Positions 20,014 to 29,469 of a stretch of 64,000 nucleotides of DNA are shown here, piece by piece. Made by a program: the position numbers and the translations under genes. Within the stretch, counting starts at the first letter, position 1. The number at the start of each line of letters is the position of its first letter. The notes beneath the pieces were generated by a model. The model had not been told where the DNA came from and did no database searches. It was given only the letters and a program-made list of their open reading frames with translations. Origin of the DNA: Colwellia polaris (lineage in GTDB: Archaea; Nanohalarchaeota; Nanosalinia; Nanosalinales; Nanosalinaceae); NCBI GenBank assembly GCA_047617785.1, contig JBLGBK010000001.1, forward strand, positions 1 to 64,000. Reading direction: 5' to 3'.

Positions 20014-20454
20014 CTATTTTTCCCTCGTGTATCTCCTGTATAGAAGTACTGCCAGAATTGATGTTCCAAGAGTTACAATCCAGAAATACCATGCGTTTAA
20101 TGGATTAGCAGCTATCAGATCGACAAATATTTCTGCAGTGTTGAGGCAGCTTGATTCCGAGCTCACTATTGAATTAAACTCTTTAGAGCTTGCAGTACGT
20201 GCAACCTGACATAATCGGTCGTAAATTAGCTTTTTGGAAGTCAGAGAGATTAAAATCGATGAAGATACGAATCCCGCCGCCCCTGATGCAATTTCTCTAG
20301 GTGTTAAATTATTCATGTATACCTGGTAGAAAGCAATTAAAGCTACTCCGAGCAGAAATGCAAAGCCTGTAGACTTATCCAGAAGAACTGCAATTATCTG
20401 TGGAAGTACTATTGCCAGAGCGCTGAACGCGATATTGCTGTTTCTTGAATTCAT
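20014..20454 (-). CDS. Hypothetical membrane protein (about 4 TM)
   Basis: Hydrophobic helices. Sits between aIF-1A and RIO1. Confidence 0.6.
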   Translation of the reverse strand: MNSRNSNIAFSALAIVLPQIIAVLLDKSTGFAFLLGVALIAFYQVYMNNLTPREIASGAAGFVSSSILISLTSKKLIYDRLCQVARTASSKEFNSIVSSESSCLNTAEIFVDLIAANPLNAWYFWIVTLGTSILAVLLYRRYTREK

Positions 20455-20478
20455 AGAGCAGAAATTAAAGAAAAGTTT

Positions 20479-20787
20479 TTAAAGGAATTCTTTGATTTCG
20501 TCCAGGTAACCTTTGTCTTCGAGAAGTTCTGTTTCTGCGTTACTGTAACTCTCAATGATGTCTCCTTTTTCGTCGCCCTGGATATCCCATGGTTCTACGA
20601 GCACTAGACTGTCTCTTTTGACCCATAGTCCTCTTTTCTTGCTGCCTGGGATTCTGCAGATTCGTTCTTCTCCGTCGGTACAGTAGACGCGATATTTTCC
20701 GCCTCCTTCCTTTCGGAGTACTATGCCTAGTACTTCTCCGTCACTTGGACGGCGTACTCGGCGTGCTTCTTGTTCTTCGTCAGACAT
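20479..20787 (-). CDS. eif1a: Translation initiation factor aIF-1A
   Basis: CTDGEERICRIPG, WVKRDSLVLVEPW and KGDI motifs. Confidence 0.95.
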   Translation of the reverse strand: MSDEEQEARRVRRPSDGEVLGIVLRKEGGGKYRVYCTDGEERICRIPGSKKRGLWVKRDSLVLVEPWDIQGDEKGDIIESYSNAETELLEDKGYLDEIKEFL

Positions 20788-20843
20788 TATATTACATATT
20801 TATAGAGAGAACTCTTTTAAAAACCAGAGAATTAATTAGCCAA

Positions 20844-21524
20844 TCAGCTTATACGGACTGATACAACGTTTCTGTAGACTTCTTCGCCGTTTTCCTCACC
20901 TATTAGCTCGTAGGATCTCTTAATGTCTGGATCATAACGGTCTCTTAACATCGTGAGGATCTGCTTGTTCATGTCTTCTGTTGAAAGATAGAAATTGTAT
21001 CCGTGATCGGTTTCATCGATGTTGGCAAGGAAGTTTTTCCTATTCCTATTGGTTATCTCTGCTGCTTTATCTGCTATTGCATTTGAGACGTTCTCCAGGT
21101 CTTTTTCACCTCTTAGCTGGATTTTCACCTTGTAGAATCCTCCTTGGAAACGCGAACAGTCCTCACACTGGTCTTTCGTGAAGTTGATACGTGTCGTGTA
21201 TTCGTCCTTAATTTCTCCTTTGAATGCATGGACTTTGACATACATCTGTTCGTCCTCTTCCCAATACTGCAGTTCGAAGCGAACACTTTCCTTACCGTAT
21301 TTTTCGAAGGATTTCAGCAACTGCTCCTCAACTGTGTACTCTTCTATCCATTGACCTTGATGTTTCATCCGGCCGCAGACGCTGCATACTTCTATCTCTA
21401 CTTGATCCGGGATTTCAAGCAGATCGTTTTTATCTGGGTAGCAGTCGGCGCATAGTTTTTTCTCTTCGCCGTACAGTTGGTCTGTTTCCTTGCCGCATCG
21501 CGGGCAGAATTTTGATAGTTCCAT
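20844..21524 (-). CDS. NMD3 family ribosome biogenesis protein
   Basis: Four CxxC pairs and GFYKVKIQLR. Confidence 0.9.
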   Translation of the reverse strand: MELSKFCPRCGKETDQLYGEEKKLCADCYPDKNDLLEIPDQVEIEVCSVCGRMKHQGQWIEEYTVEEQLLKSFEKYGKESVRFELQYWEEDEQMYVKVHAFKGEIKDEYTTRINFTKDQCEDCSRFQGGFYKVKIQLRGEKDLENVSNAIADKAAEITNRNRKNFLANIDETDHGYNFYLSTEDMNKQILTMLRDRYDPDIKRSYELIGEENGEEVYRNVVSVRIS

Positions 21525-21576
21525 AGTGGTGAAATAAGTGGTGAAGCTTATAATCCTATAAAAAGTTCCTGCAGTC

Positions 21577-21921
21577 TTAAGAGAACTTTATCTGATCTCC
21601 TTCCTTAACTTCCAGTTCTTCAAATGATTCCAGCAGATACCGGTATTTACAGTCAGGGCTATAGAGCTTCCAGGTCTTTGGATTTGATGTCCAGGGTTCT
21701 GCCTTCTGAATATCTATAACTCGTTTATTTTCATCTAGAAAGTACAGCCAGAGCGGTTTTGATAGAAGCATCATGTCTATCCGTGCTTTAGTTGGCTCAG
21801 AGAACTTGAAAAGCATCTTACCTTGTTTACGGAAGCTTAATCCCCATGATCTCGTGAGGAAATTGTCTGCAATATCCACAGTTATTTCTCTGTTTCCTAC
21901 TTCCACTTTCTGAGTTTTCAT
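21577..21921 (-). CDS. DUF192 family protein
   Basis: IADNFLTRSWGLSFR, MLFKF, FLDE and YLLE pattern. Confidence 0.8.
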   Translation of the reverse strand: MKTQKVEVGNREITVDIADNFLTRSWGLSFRKQGKMLFKFSEPTKARIDMMLLSKPLWLYFLDENKRVIDIQKAEPWTSNPKTWKLYSPDCKYRYLLESFEELEVKEGDQIKFS

Positions 21922-21926
21922 AGATT

Positions 21927-22808
21927 CTAGAGTTTTGGCCCGAGAATTCCATCCTCTCTTAGGCAGTCTTTGAGTTTTAGTTCATCGTAGACGTCTTTTA
22001 GGTCTCCTTCCAGGTCTTTTTCCGTTCTGTATGTTTCTGGCTCTTCAACCCAGCCTTTTTCGATGTAACGGCTCTCGTAAAACCTCTGTTTGTTGATAGC
22101 TTCTAGGGCTTCCTGAGCTGGTTCAAAGGAGACTATAGTAGCCCCCCATCTTAGATGGTCTAAATCATCGAGCATCATCATAGTTAAAAGGAGTAGCGGA
22201 GGGAGAAGTGATGACAGGGTTTGGAAGAAAAGTGAACCATCTCTTAGCAGCAGGACACTCACCGTTATGATGCTTGATAGAATTATAAGTACTGCCCATT
22301 CCAGTTTCATGAGGCCTTCTTTTCCTATTGAGGAAAGCTGTGAACGTGCGCTACCTGCGCTGCTTTCTGCATCTAGAAGCTGCGTATAGATTGAGCTGTC
22401 TCGATCGTTGAACAGAGTTACATCCGAAATAGTATTGGTTACGACTTCGAAATATCTTTCCTCTTCTTCAACGCTGTCCCAGGATATCATTGTAAACGCG
22501 ATAAGGAATTTCTCCATTCTGTTCTCAAATTCTTCTTTCACTTTATCATTTCCCTCCAGCCTTCTCATGTTGGTAATCATTCCGAGCAAAGCTGAACGGA
22601 ATATTGCACTTTCTCTTCTAACTGCAGTAAATTTATTCCACATCTGGGTTATGAAGAATCCTATTAACAATCCGAAAAGTATGCTTGTAACACTTAATGC
22701 CAAGCTTAGGAGCTCAGTGATATCTCTGAAAATCGGGAGGAAATGAGAAAGAGCTGCGAAAATTGCAATCGAGAGCAGGAATATCTGCCAAGTCCGTTTA
22801 TTTCTCAC
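21927..22808 (-). CDS. 4-TM membrane protein, DUF4239/bestrophin-like
   Basis: Two TM helices, SILFGLLIGF...W...RE, a helical cytoplasmic insert, two more TM helices, then DLD. Confidence 0.55.
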   Translation of the reverse strand: MRNKRTWQIFLLSIAIFAALSHFLPIFRDITELLSLALSVTSILFGLLIGFFITQMWNKFTAVRRESAIFRSALLGMITNMRRLEGNDKVKEEFENRMEKFLIAFTMISWDSVEEEERYFEVVTNTISDVTLFNDRDSSIYTQLLDAESSAGSARSQLSSIGKEGLMKLEWAVLIILSSIITVSVLLLRDGSLFFQTLSSLLPPLLLLTMMMLDDLDHLRWGATIVSFEPAQEALEAINKQRFYESRYIEKGWVEEPETYRTEKDLEGDLKDVYDELKLKDCLREDGILGPKL

Positions 22809-22847
22809 AGGATCAGTTGTAAATTCTTTCTTAATAAAGCCCGCTTA

Positions 22848-23144
22848 CTAATAGTTAAAGGCTTCTTTGTTGTAGTAAGCAGTCATTAAGACGAATACTG
22901 CTCCCAGGAAGAATACTGATGCTGTTAGGATGTCTTTATTTAGATTTATATCCATTATCAGTGTTGCTATGAATCCTACATAACCCATCATGAATACTAC
23001 TATGAATACTGATAGTATATCCCATGCTTCCTTTACGCTTCCCGTCCCCAGTGTTTTTCTAAGCTTTCTTGCCTGGTAAAGTCCGTATAGAAGCACAAGT
23101 AATCCTGCGAAGGTTAGTGCCAAGCTGAGAGCTGTTGTAGTCAT
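22848..23144 (-). CDS. Small 3-TM membrane protein
   Basis: Three hydrophobic helices, in an apparent operon with both neighbours. Confidence 0.7.
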   Translation of the reverse strand: MTTTALSLALTFAGLLVLLYGLYQARKLRKTLGTGSVKEAWDILSVFIVVFMMGYVGFIATLIMDINLNKDILTASVFFLGAVFVLMTAYYNKEAFNY

Positions 23145-23146
23145 AA

Positions 23147-23401
23147 TTATTCCTCTATGTTCTCTGGCTTTATATCCTCAAGATTTTGGCGCGCTAGGGT
23201 ATAAGCCACATCCCCCATGACATTGTGATAGTTTTCAATAAGATCGGCTAGTTCGTCTTCTTCGCCATCAAAAGACTTGACTTCTTCATCTTCTAGCTCT
23301 ATATTCTCATTCTTCTTGGCTATCCCGAATGCTGCCTGACCTATTACTCCTTTGTAAGCTTCCAGAAGTTTATCTGCTGCTTCATCATATTTATCGCTCA
23401 C
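23147..23401 (-). CDS. Small protein with internal duplication
   Basis: LLEAYKGVIGQAAFGIAKKN and LIENYHNVMGDVAYTLARQN are repeats. GGTGA SD precedes the GTG start. Confidence 0.7.
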   Translation of the reverse strand: MSDKYDEAADKLLEAYKGVIGQAAFGIAKKNENIELEDEEVKSFDGEEDELADLIENYHNVMGDVAYTLARQNLEDIKPENIEE

Positions 23402-23763
23402 TTATCTATCACCGGTTGAATAACAATTTGATCTAGGTAAATAAAAACACCTTCATAATATGAGGAAAAGAAGTTGCTCAGGTTCGAATACAAAACCTTG
23501 TGAGTCTTCTTCACCTTCGAATTCTTTCGTTCTCTGCCGCTGTCCTGTAAAAAAGTATCAAATAATTTCCTTGCTCTGGTAAAGCAGAATGATGCTTTTG
23601 TCCGACAATACCTGCTTCTTCACGGTAATCAACACCCTGGACCTCAGAAAATATCTCCGTACCGGCTTCAATCGGAAAAATATTCCAAACCATTCCGCTT
23701 AGTGACGTAATCACTCATACAGCCCAACAAAAACGAGAAAAAATTTATCCCCTGAAAATAGGC

Positions 23764-23781
23764 AGAACGCCCGCACGGGGA
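23764..23781 (-). repeat. att-like copy of the tRNA-Arg 3' end
   Basis: AGAACGCCCGCACGGGGA versus AGAACGCCCGCACAGGGA at 25647-25664 (17/18 identical). Confidence 0.8.
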
Positions 23782-23901
23782 CTCCTACAATCCGTAAACA
23801 AACTAGGTCACACAGAGGGTAATTACCGATTAAAACTCCGTCTTTTATAAGTGATTCACAGAGTTTCGTTCACCAATTCAAAGTTACAAGCAATTCTCTA
23901 G

Positions 23902-25128
23902 CTATTCGTCGTCTTGAGCCACTGTTCCCGTAAGGCTAATTTGTCTAGTTTCTTCATCCTCAAAGCTCATATCTTCTTCCTCTAATATATCTAGCAGATC
24001 CTGGCACTTGTAACGCTTATTTCTTCTCCTTTCTCCAACTTGAGAAATAATTTCGTCTTCAACAAGCTCTTTCACAACCCTATTAGCAGTGTTATAACTC
24101 ATATTTTCTGTATCAGAGGACATATCATTGATCGTGAATACCGGCTTCTCAAAAATAAATTCAACAGCTCTTACATACGAATCCGATCTTCCTTCCTCTC
24201 TCATCTTAGTAATATAGCTCTCACGCAATTCATCGATCTTCTTAGCCCTTTCTAGCGCGTCTTCAGCCTGTTCTTTTATTCCCTTCAAGAAATATTTTAG
24301 CCAGTCGTCAAAGTCACCTTCCTGACTCAAATCCAGCAAATGATCGTAATAACCCTGGCGATTCTTGTTAAAGTAGGCGCTCAGGTAGAGAAGTGGCTCA
24401 GAAAGCTTATCTCGATCCATCAGATAAAGCAGAATCAGCAGCCGTCCTATTCTCCCGTTCCCATCTGCAAATGGATGGATGGCCTCAAACTGGTAGTGGA
24501 TTAGACCTACGTTAATTAAATCAGACATTTTAGGAGGGTTGTCTATGAATCGCATCAGATCCTCCATGAGCCCTTCTACTCTATCGGGAGCAGGAGGGAT
24601 GTAAGTTGCCGTCTCTAGATCTGTACCTCCAATATGATTTTGGACATTACGGAATGTTCCTGCGTTAATGTCAGAGCCCCTCTCTGGAGTAACATCGTCT
24701 AGAAGAATTTCATGTAGTTCTTTAATTAAATCTAGATCTATGCCTTCCCCTTCTCTTATTTTCTTTTGTCCGTATTCTAGAGCCTGCGAATAATTCTTAA
24801 CCTCTTGTACGTCCCCTACCCGGTCGGTAACCTCTTCATCGACTTCATACTGATAGAGATCCGTCAGAGATGCTTTAGTTCCTTCAATTTTAGATGATAA
24901 TACAGCCTCTCTCTTCATGTAAGGCGAAATAAGCAATTGGGGATTAGGCAGGTTTCTACCTGTTCCAGAAAGATTACCTAAAGCGGATTCAGCTTCAGCC
25001 AAATAGAAAAGCGTCTCTTCACTAAGGTTGAGATCATCAAGGCTTCTAACCAAGCCTTTAGGTATGTAAAACGGGTAACCTCGAGATTGATCCACTCTAC
25101 CCGGACCGCTAAAGGTTTCTGGCTCCAT
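23902..25128 (-). CDS. Fic-domain AMPylase (class II, with C-terminal HTH)
   Basis: Intact HPFADGNGRIGR motif, N-terminal inhibitory SSKIEG motif, and a C-terminal winged helix. Confidence 0.95.
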   Translation of the reverse strand: MEPETFSGPGRVDQSRGYPFYIPKGLVRSLDDLNLSEETLFYLAEAESALGNLSGTGRNLPNPQLLISPYMKREAVLSSKIEGTKASLTDLYQYEVDEEVTDRVGDVQEVKNYSQALEYGQKKIREGEGIDLDLIKELHEILLDDVTPERGSDINAGTFRNVQNHIGGTDLETATYIPPAPDRVEGLMEDLMRFIDNPPKMSDLINVGLIHYQFEAIHPFADGNGRIGRLLILLYLMDRDKLSEPLLYLSAYFNKNRQGYYDHLLDLSQEGDFDDWLKYFLKGIKEQAEDALERAKKIDELRESYITKMREEGRSDSYVRAVEFIFEKPVFTINDMSSDTENMSYNTANRVVKELVEDEIISQVGERRRNKRYKCQDLLDILEEEDMSFEDEETRQISLTGTVAQDDE

Positions 25129-25451
25129 AGCTTATTTTCATGATACAACTAATAAAAACCTTATTACCAAATCGACACCGATTTGAAAATAAGAAGCGAA
25201 AAGAATATAAACTCCTCTTATTCTTAGCCCCACTCATGAGTACAAGAGTTCTTTTATCCCCAAAAGCAACAGGTTATGAAAATAATACCTCATATTATTT
25301 TCAATTTGAAGATAAACAAATACCGGCATCAACAACCTGTAATTATGACCATTCATGACCACCGCATAATCGAAAAACGAAAGAAAAACAGGACAAAGAG
25401 AGAAGCACCCTTCGATAGCGTACATGCTGAACCAGATAAAATAAATGAAGC

Positions 25452-25592
25452 TTATGAAAAAGTGAAGTCTGAGTCAGAGTTACCGCGTATTAGAAGTTCT
25501 TTGTCGCTTTCAGATACGCTAGGACCGGTTTCTATCTGGTTTTGTATACGTTCTAGAGTTCTTGAGCGGTTGTGGATGTCGCCTTGGGTCAT
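25452..25592 (-). pseudogene. Probable N-terminal remnant of an archaeal tyrosine integrase
   Basis: Manual translation MTQGDIHNRSRTLERIQNQIETGPSVSESDKELLIRG resembles the start of tRNA-targeting (SNJ2-like) integrases as I recall them. It begins about 60 nt from the tRNA 3' end. Confidence 0.5.
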
Positions 25593-25650
25593 GTTTCACA
25601 GTTCTCTACCCACCTTTTACTGTGACCGAATTGATTTACGGAATGTAGAA

Positions 25651-25722
25651 CGCCCGCACAGGGATTTGAACCCTGGATCTGCACCTCCGCAAGGTGCCGT
25701 CTTTCCACTAGACCATGCGGGC
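25651..25722 (-). tRNA. tRNA-Arg (GCG)
   Basis: Reverse complement GCCCGCA...GCACC-TTGCGGA-GGTGC...GGTTCAAATCC...TGCGGGCG. Confidence 0.93.
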
Positions 25723-25769
25723 CTGTAGAAAAGAAGATTTCATCTCATTTTTAAATAGGATTGCCGTAT

Positions 25770-26249
25770 TTACTGGTGTTCGTTTTCTTTCCAGCCGAAG
25801 GCTTTGCGCCATATCACGGATGCAATACAGTAGTGTTTGAAGGCCATTAGGCTTGCCACTATTGCCATTGCAATACCAAGCATCTGCCCTAGTAGTATCC
25901 TGTTCGTGTAGAATGCGTATGCTGTTGCAGACACCCATAGAGCGGCGATTAAGCACGCGAATCTTCTTGGTGCTTTGTTTGGCGGCAGTTTTGCTGTTCC
26001 AGTCGATCTGCGGATTACATAATTGTAGAAGTACCCGAAGGGGGTATGTGGGAGTAGCACTCCAAGGAAAGCTATTGGCGCGAGTGTTGCAAATATTAAG
26101 TATGATTGCAGCAGTGTTCCGATGATGGCTCCTGTCAAGCATACTGCGGGTGCGAGGCGGAGCCAGTTAGCTGTCTCATCTAGCGTTTCTGGATCTATAT
26201 TGCAGTATCCCTGTACCCGCAGTTTATCTTCGAGTTTTTCCGATACCAC
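25770..26249 (-). CDS. DUF4395-like membrane protein
   Basis: PF...Y, PRRFACLIA and YCIAS pattern, with four hydrophobic helices. Confidence 0.75.
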   Translation of the reverse strand: MVSEKLEDKLRVQGYCNIDPETLDETANWLRLAPAVCLTGAIIGTLLQSYLIFATLAPIAFLGVLLPHTPFGYFYNYVIRRSTGTAKLPPNKAPRRFACLIAALWVSATAYAFYTNRILLGQMLGIAMAIVASLMAFKHYCIASVIWRKAFGWKENEHQ

Positions 26250-26470
26250 TGTATTAAACTTTGTTTTCCGGTTTTACATTAGTTTTCTCCCAATCTTTCC
26301 TACAGGTTTTTAAAGGAAAGCCAATATAATGCGTTTTGAGAGGTTATCTGCAATGGAATTTATTGAAAAGATCAAGAGAAAACTTAGTGGCCTTTTCTAG
26401 AGCGTCTAACCTTCCACGTTTTCATCTTACTACTTATTTTTAAATCTTGGAATTCTCTTTGATTGTTATT

Positions 26471-26725
26471 ATGGGAAAGATTTCATGTGTATACAAAGTT
26501 ATGCCGGAAGATGCTGAAACCGATCTAGAATCAATTAAGGATCAGATCCGAGATCTGCTTGATGTCCAAGATATGGGAGAGGAAGAAGTTGCTTTCGGTT
26601 TAAAGGCAGTCAAAGTTTCCTGCATCACAACAGATGAAGAAGGAGGTACTGACGCTGTTGAAGAGCAGCTAGAGAAACTGGAGAACGTCCAGAGCATCGA
26701 ACTTGAACACTTCGACAAGATGTAA
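26471..26725 (+). CDS. ef1b: Elongation factor aEF-1 beta
   Basis: KVMPE, EEVAFGLKAV and EGGTDAVEE motifs. Confidence 0.95.
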   Translation: MGKISCVYKVMPEDAETDLESIKDQIRDLLDVQDMGEEEVAFGLKAVKVSCITTDEEGGTDAVEEQLEKLENVQSIELEHFDKM

Positions 26726-26774
26726 GAACCAATTTTTCTACAACGCATATCTGTTCTTCTATATCTTTTTTAGT

Positions 26775-26912
26775 TTAAAAACTCATTTTTCCTCCGTTAC
26801 AGGCCTTGCAGCCATGATCAAGTTTGCATTTCGAGCAGATCATTGAGCCGCAGACACCACATTTCGTTGTTGCCTTGTTCTGGCCGCAGTTTTCGCAGAG
26901 TGTTTCCTGCAT
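26775..26912 (-). CDS. 45-aa zinc-finger microprotein (4x CxxC)
   Basis: Manual translation MQETLCENCGQNKATTKCGVCGSMICSKCKLDHGCKACNGGKMSF. Below the ORF-track length cutoff. Confidence 0.8.
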   Translation of the reverse strand: MQETLCENCGQNKATTKCGVCGSMICSKCKLDHGCKACNGGKMSF

Positions 26913-26956
26913 GGTTACTGTTTAAACATTCACTTCAATAATTCTTTGGCACGGAT

Positions 26957-27979
26957 ATGGGAGTAAATCTTGGAGAACTAGTTGACAGGAAAGAAATTGA
27001 TTTTGCAGATTTAAACGATAAAGAAATTGCTGTAGACGCTATGAACACACTTTATCAGTTCCTATCAATAATAAGACAGAGAGATGGGACTCCGCTGAAG
27101 GATTCCTCCGGAAAAGTAACCTCACATCTTTCAGGGCTTTTCTACAGGAATATTAACCTTGTAGAGAACAATATACGGCCAGTATTTGTATTTGACGGTA
27201 AAGCTCCTGATCTAAAGGAGAAGGAAACTACAAAGAGAAGGAAGAAGAGGGAAGAGGCGCGTGAAGAGTGGAAGCGATTGAAAGAAGAAGGTAAAATTTC
27301 AGAAGCATACTCTAAGGCAACACAGTCCTCTAAAGTTACAGGAGACATGATTGAGGAATCAAAAGAATTGCTCGACGCTATGGGGTTAGCTCACGTTCAG
27401 GCGCCGAGTGAAGGAGAGGCTCAAGCTGCACACATGGTTAAACAAGATCAGGTTTACGCAGTCGGAAGTCAGGACTGGGACTGTCTGATGTTTGGCGCAG
27501 ATAGAATGGTGAAGAACCTGACTACACGGAAAAAGAGGAAAACTTCCTCAGGAGGTCAGAAAGAGATCTCTACAGAATTAATTGAACTTGATAATGTTCT
27601 TGCGCAGCTTGAGATAACGCATGAAGAGCTGATCTGGATGGGGGTATTAATGGGTACCGACTTTAATCCGGACGGTGTACACGGTATCGGCCCTAAGACT
27701 GCTTTGAAGATTGTTAAGCAGAACGATAGCTGGGAAGAGATTACGGAGGAGGATAAGTTTGAATGGGGGTCTGAGAACAGTCCTGAAGCGATTATCGATT
27801 TTCTGAAGAACCCTCCCGTTGTTGAAACAGATTACAGTTTCTCAGATCCAAACCCAGATAAAATTAGGAAGATACTTGTAGAAAAACATGATTTCTCTGA
27901 GGATCGCGTGAATTCAGGTATAGAGAACCTGGAAAAAGCATTAGAAAGCCGCCAATCTGGTTTAGACAGCTTTACATAA
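26957..27979 (+). CDS. fen: Flap endonuclease 1
   Basis: YQFLSIIRQ, APSEGEAQA, SQDWD, GTDFN, GIGPKTA and C-terminal PIP box QSGLDSF. Confidence 0.98.
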   Translation: MGVNLGELVDRKEIDFADLNDKEIAVDAMNTLYQFLSIIRQRDGTPLKDSSGKVTSHLSGLFYRNINLVENNIRPVFVFDGKAPDLKEKETTKRRKKREEAREEWKRLKEEGKISEAYSKATQSSKVTGDMIEESKELLDAMGLAHVQAPSEGEAQAAHMVKQDQVYAVGSQDWDCLMFGADRMVKNLTTRKKRKTSSGGQKEISTELIELDNVLAQLEITHEELIWMGVLMGTDFNPDGVHGIGPKTALKIVKQNDSWEEITEEDKFEWGSENSPEAIIDFLKNPPVVETDYSFSDPNPDKIRKILVEKHDFSEDRVNSGIENLEKALESRQSGLDSFT

Positions 27980-27986
27980 AAAATAG

Positions 27987-29393
27987 TTAATCAGTAACGT
28001 TAGTACCTCTTGTTTCGCGGAGCTCTTTCAAAATAAGCTGCATCATTTCGCTGTGCTCCTGGTAACCTTCACGGAGTTCATCAATCTGTTCCTGTTGTTC
28101 CTCGATTTCATCTAGTAAAGCTTTAACGTCATGTTCATCAATTCCTTCGGATTCGTTGCTCCGATCTATGACGTCAGCTAGATTTTCGTTTAGTGTTTCA
28201 ATTTCTGAAGACATTCTGTCGACAAATTCCGATACATCTGTGTTTTGCTCAGTTTCTTCGTCCTTTCTGCCCCGGAGTTCTTGGTATTCGTCTTCAGATA
28301 GCAGTTTGAGCTGTGCAAGATCGTCGAAGTCGTTGAATATCCATTTGAAGTCTGATACCATGTCTTTCAGGGCTTTGACCTGCTTCTCGAGCTTCGATAC
28401 ATCTCTTTCTTCTTCCTGTTTCTCTAGTTCCTCTACCTTGTTCTGAAGATTCTCTACGTCGATAAGCAAGTCGTCGAATTTGCGTGCTTCGACTTCTTCT
28501 AAGCGTTCAACTATTTCGTTGTTCTGTTCTTCAAGCTCTTCGTGACGCTTTTTGATAGATTCAACTTCTTCAAGACCTTCTTCAAATTCGTTGTTCTGCG
28601 TTTCAAGTTCGTCTTGTCTTTGTCGAACATTATCTACTGTTTCTTTCAGATCTTCAACCTCACCTAGATGTTTCTCTAGTTCGTCAAGTCGTTCTTCATC
28701 GACTTCGGATTCTATGTCTTTGAGATCACTGTCTATATCGTCTCTTAGACCTTCAATTTCGGCGTTTAACTCTTCTTTAATACTGTTGGTTTGCTCCTGT
28801 ATATCTTCTACATGAGCGGTTAACTGCGCTTCATCTACTGATTCTTTATCCTCAAGTTCGTTGATCTGGCTTTCCAGTTCTTCTCTCTGCTGGTCGGTTT
28901 TCTTCTTTAGATCTTTGATAAGACTTGTCTTTTCTGCTAGAGTATCTTTAATTTTTTCAAGTTGTTTCGGATCTACGTTGGAACCTTGATCTTCATTTTC
29001 AAGTTCTTTCAGTCTTTTTTCAAGTCGTTCAACTTTATCTGATTGATCCGTGTTTTCGGATTCTTCGATCTTGTGTTCAAGCTCATCTACGCGTTCCTGT
29101 AGTTCTTCATAGTCTTCTCGGGGAACAACGTCTTCATAATTAGATTGTTCAGGCTCGGCGCCTCCTTCTTCATCTATTTCTTCAGAGGTATCGCTTTCTT
29201 CAACTTCTTCTGTGTCTTCTTCAGTTTGGTCTAGAAGGTTTTCTGAGTCTTCTTTAGAAGCATCTTTTTCTTCTTCAGATTCTGTTTCCTGCTGCAATGA
29301 CTGATTTACTGTTGTCTGTTCTTCTTGTTCCTCTTCAACAGTGTTTTCCTCTTCTTCTGTGTCGTCGCTTCCGAAAATTACGTTTTCAGCCAT
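27987..29393 (-). CDS. Long acidic coiled-coil protein
   Basis: Disordered acidic N-terminus followed by continuous heptad repeats. No ATPase motifs. Confidence 0.75.
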   Translation of the reverse strand: MAENVIFGSDDTEEEENTVEEEQEEQTTVNQSLQQETESEEEKDASKEDSENLLDQTEEDTEEVEESDTSEEIDEEGGAEPEQSNYEDVVPREDYEELQERVDELEHKIEESENTDQSDKVERLEKRLKELENEDQGSNVDPKQLEKIKDTLAEKTSLIKDLKKKTDQQREELESQINELEDKESVDEAQLTAHVEDIQEQTNSIKEELNAEIEGLRDDIDSDLKDIESEVDEERLDELEKHLGEVEDLKETVDNVRQRQDELETQNNEFEEGLEEVESIKKRHEELEEQNNEIVERLEEVEARKFDDLLIDVENLQNKVEELEKQEEERDVSKLEKQVKALKDMVSDFKWIFNDFDDLAQLKLLSEDEYQELRGRKDEETEQNTDVSEFVDRMSSEIETLNENLADVIDRSNESEGIDEHDVKALLDEIEEQQEQIDELREGYQEHSEMMQLILKELRETRGTNVTD

Positions 29394-29469
29394 TACAGTG
29401 TTCGCCTCTTGCAAGAAAATTATCCGTTAAGAGTTAAAAGTGTTTATTTACTTAACCGCAACAACACGT

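Larger units (their letters stand above)
23764..25664. mobile_element. Decayed tRNA-Arg-integrated islet carrying a Fic gene
   Basis: Bounded by an 18-bp direct repeat of the tRNA 3' end. An integrase-like stub lies next to the tRNA. Confidence 0.75.

Noticed and set aside
15913-20787. top6A-top6B-Dim2-RIO1-aIF1A cluster as novel
   Set aside because: This is a well-known conserved archaeal neighbourhood.
23511-23714. 67-aa ORF beside the att repeat
   Set aside because: No motif and weak start context, so it cannot be supported.
25276-25728. 150-aa ORF as an intact gene
   Set aside because: It runs antisense through the integrase-like stub and tRNA-Arg. At most codons from 25345 to about 25480 are a real gene fragment.
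27987-29414. SMC/Rad50 call for the long coiled-coil protein
   Set aside because: No Walker A/B, signature motif, hinge or zinc hook.
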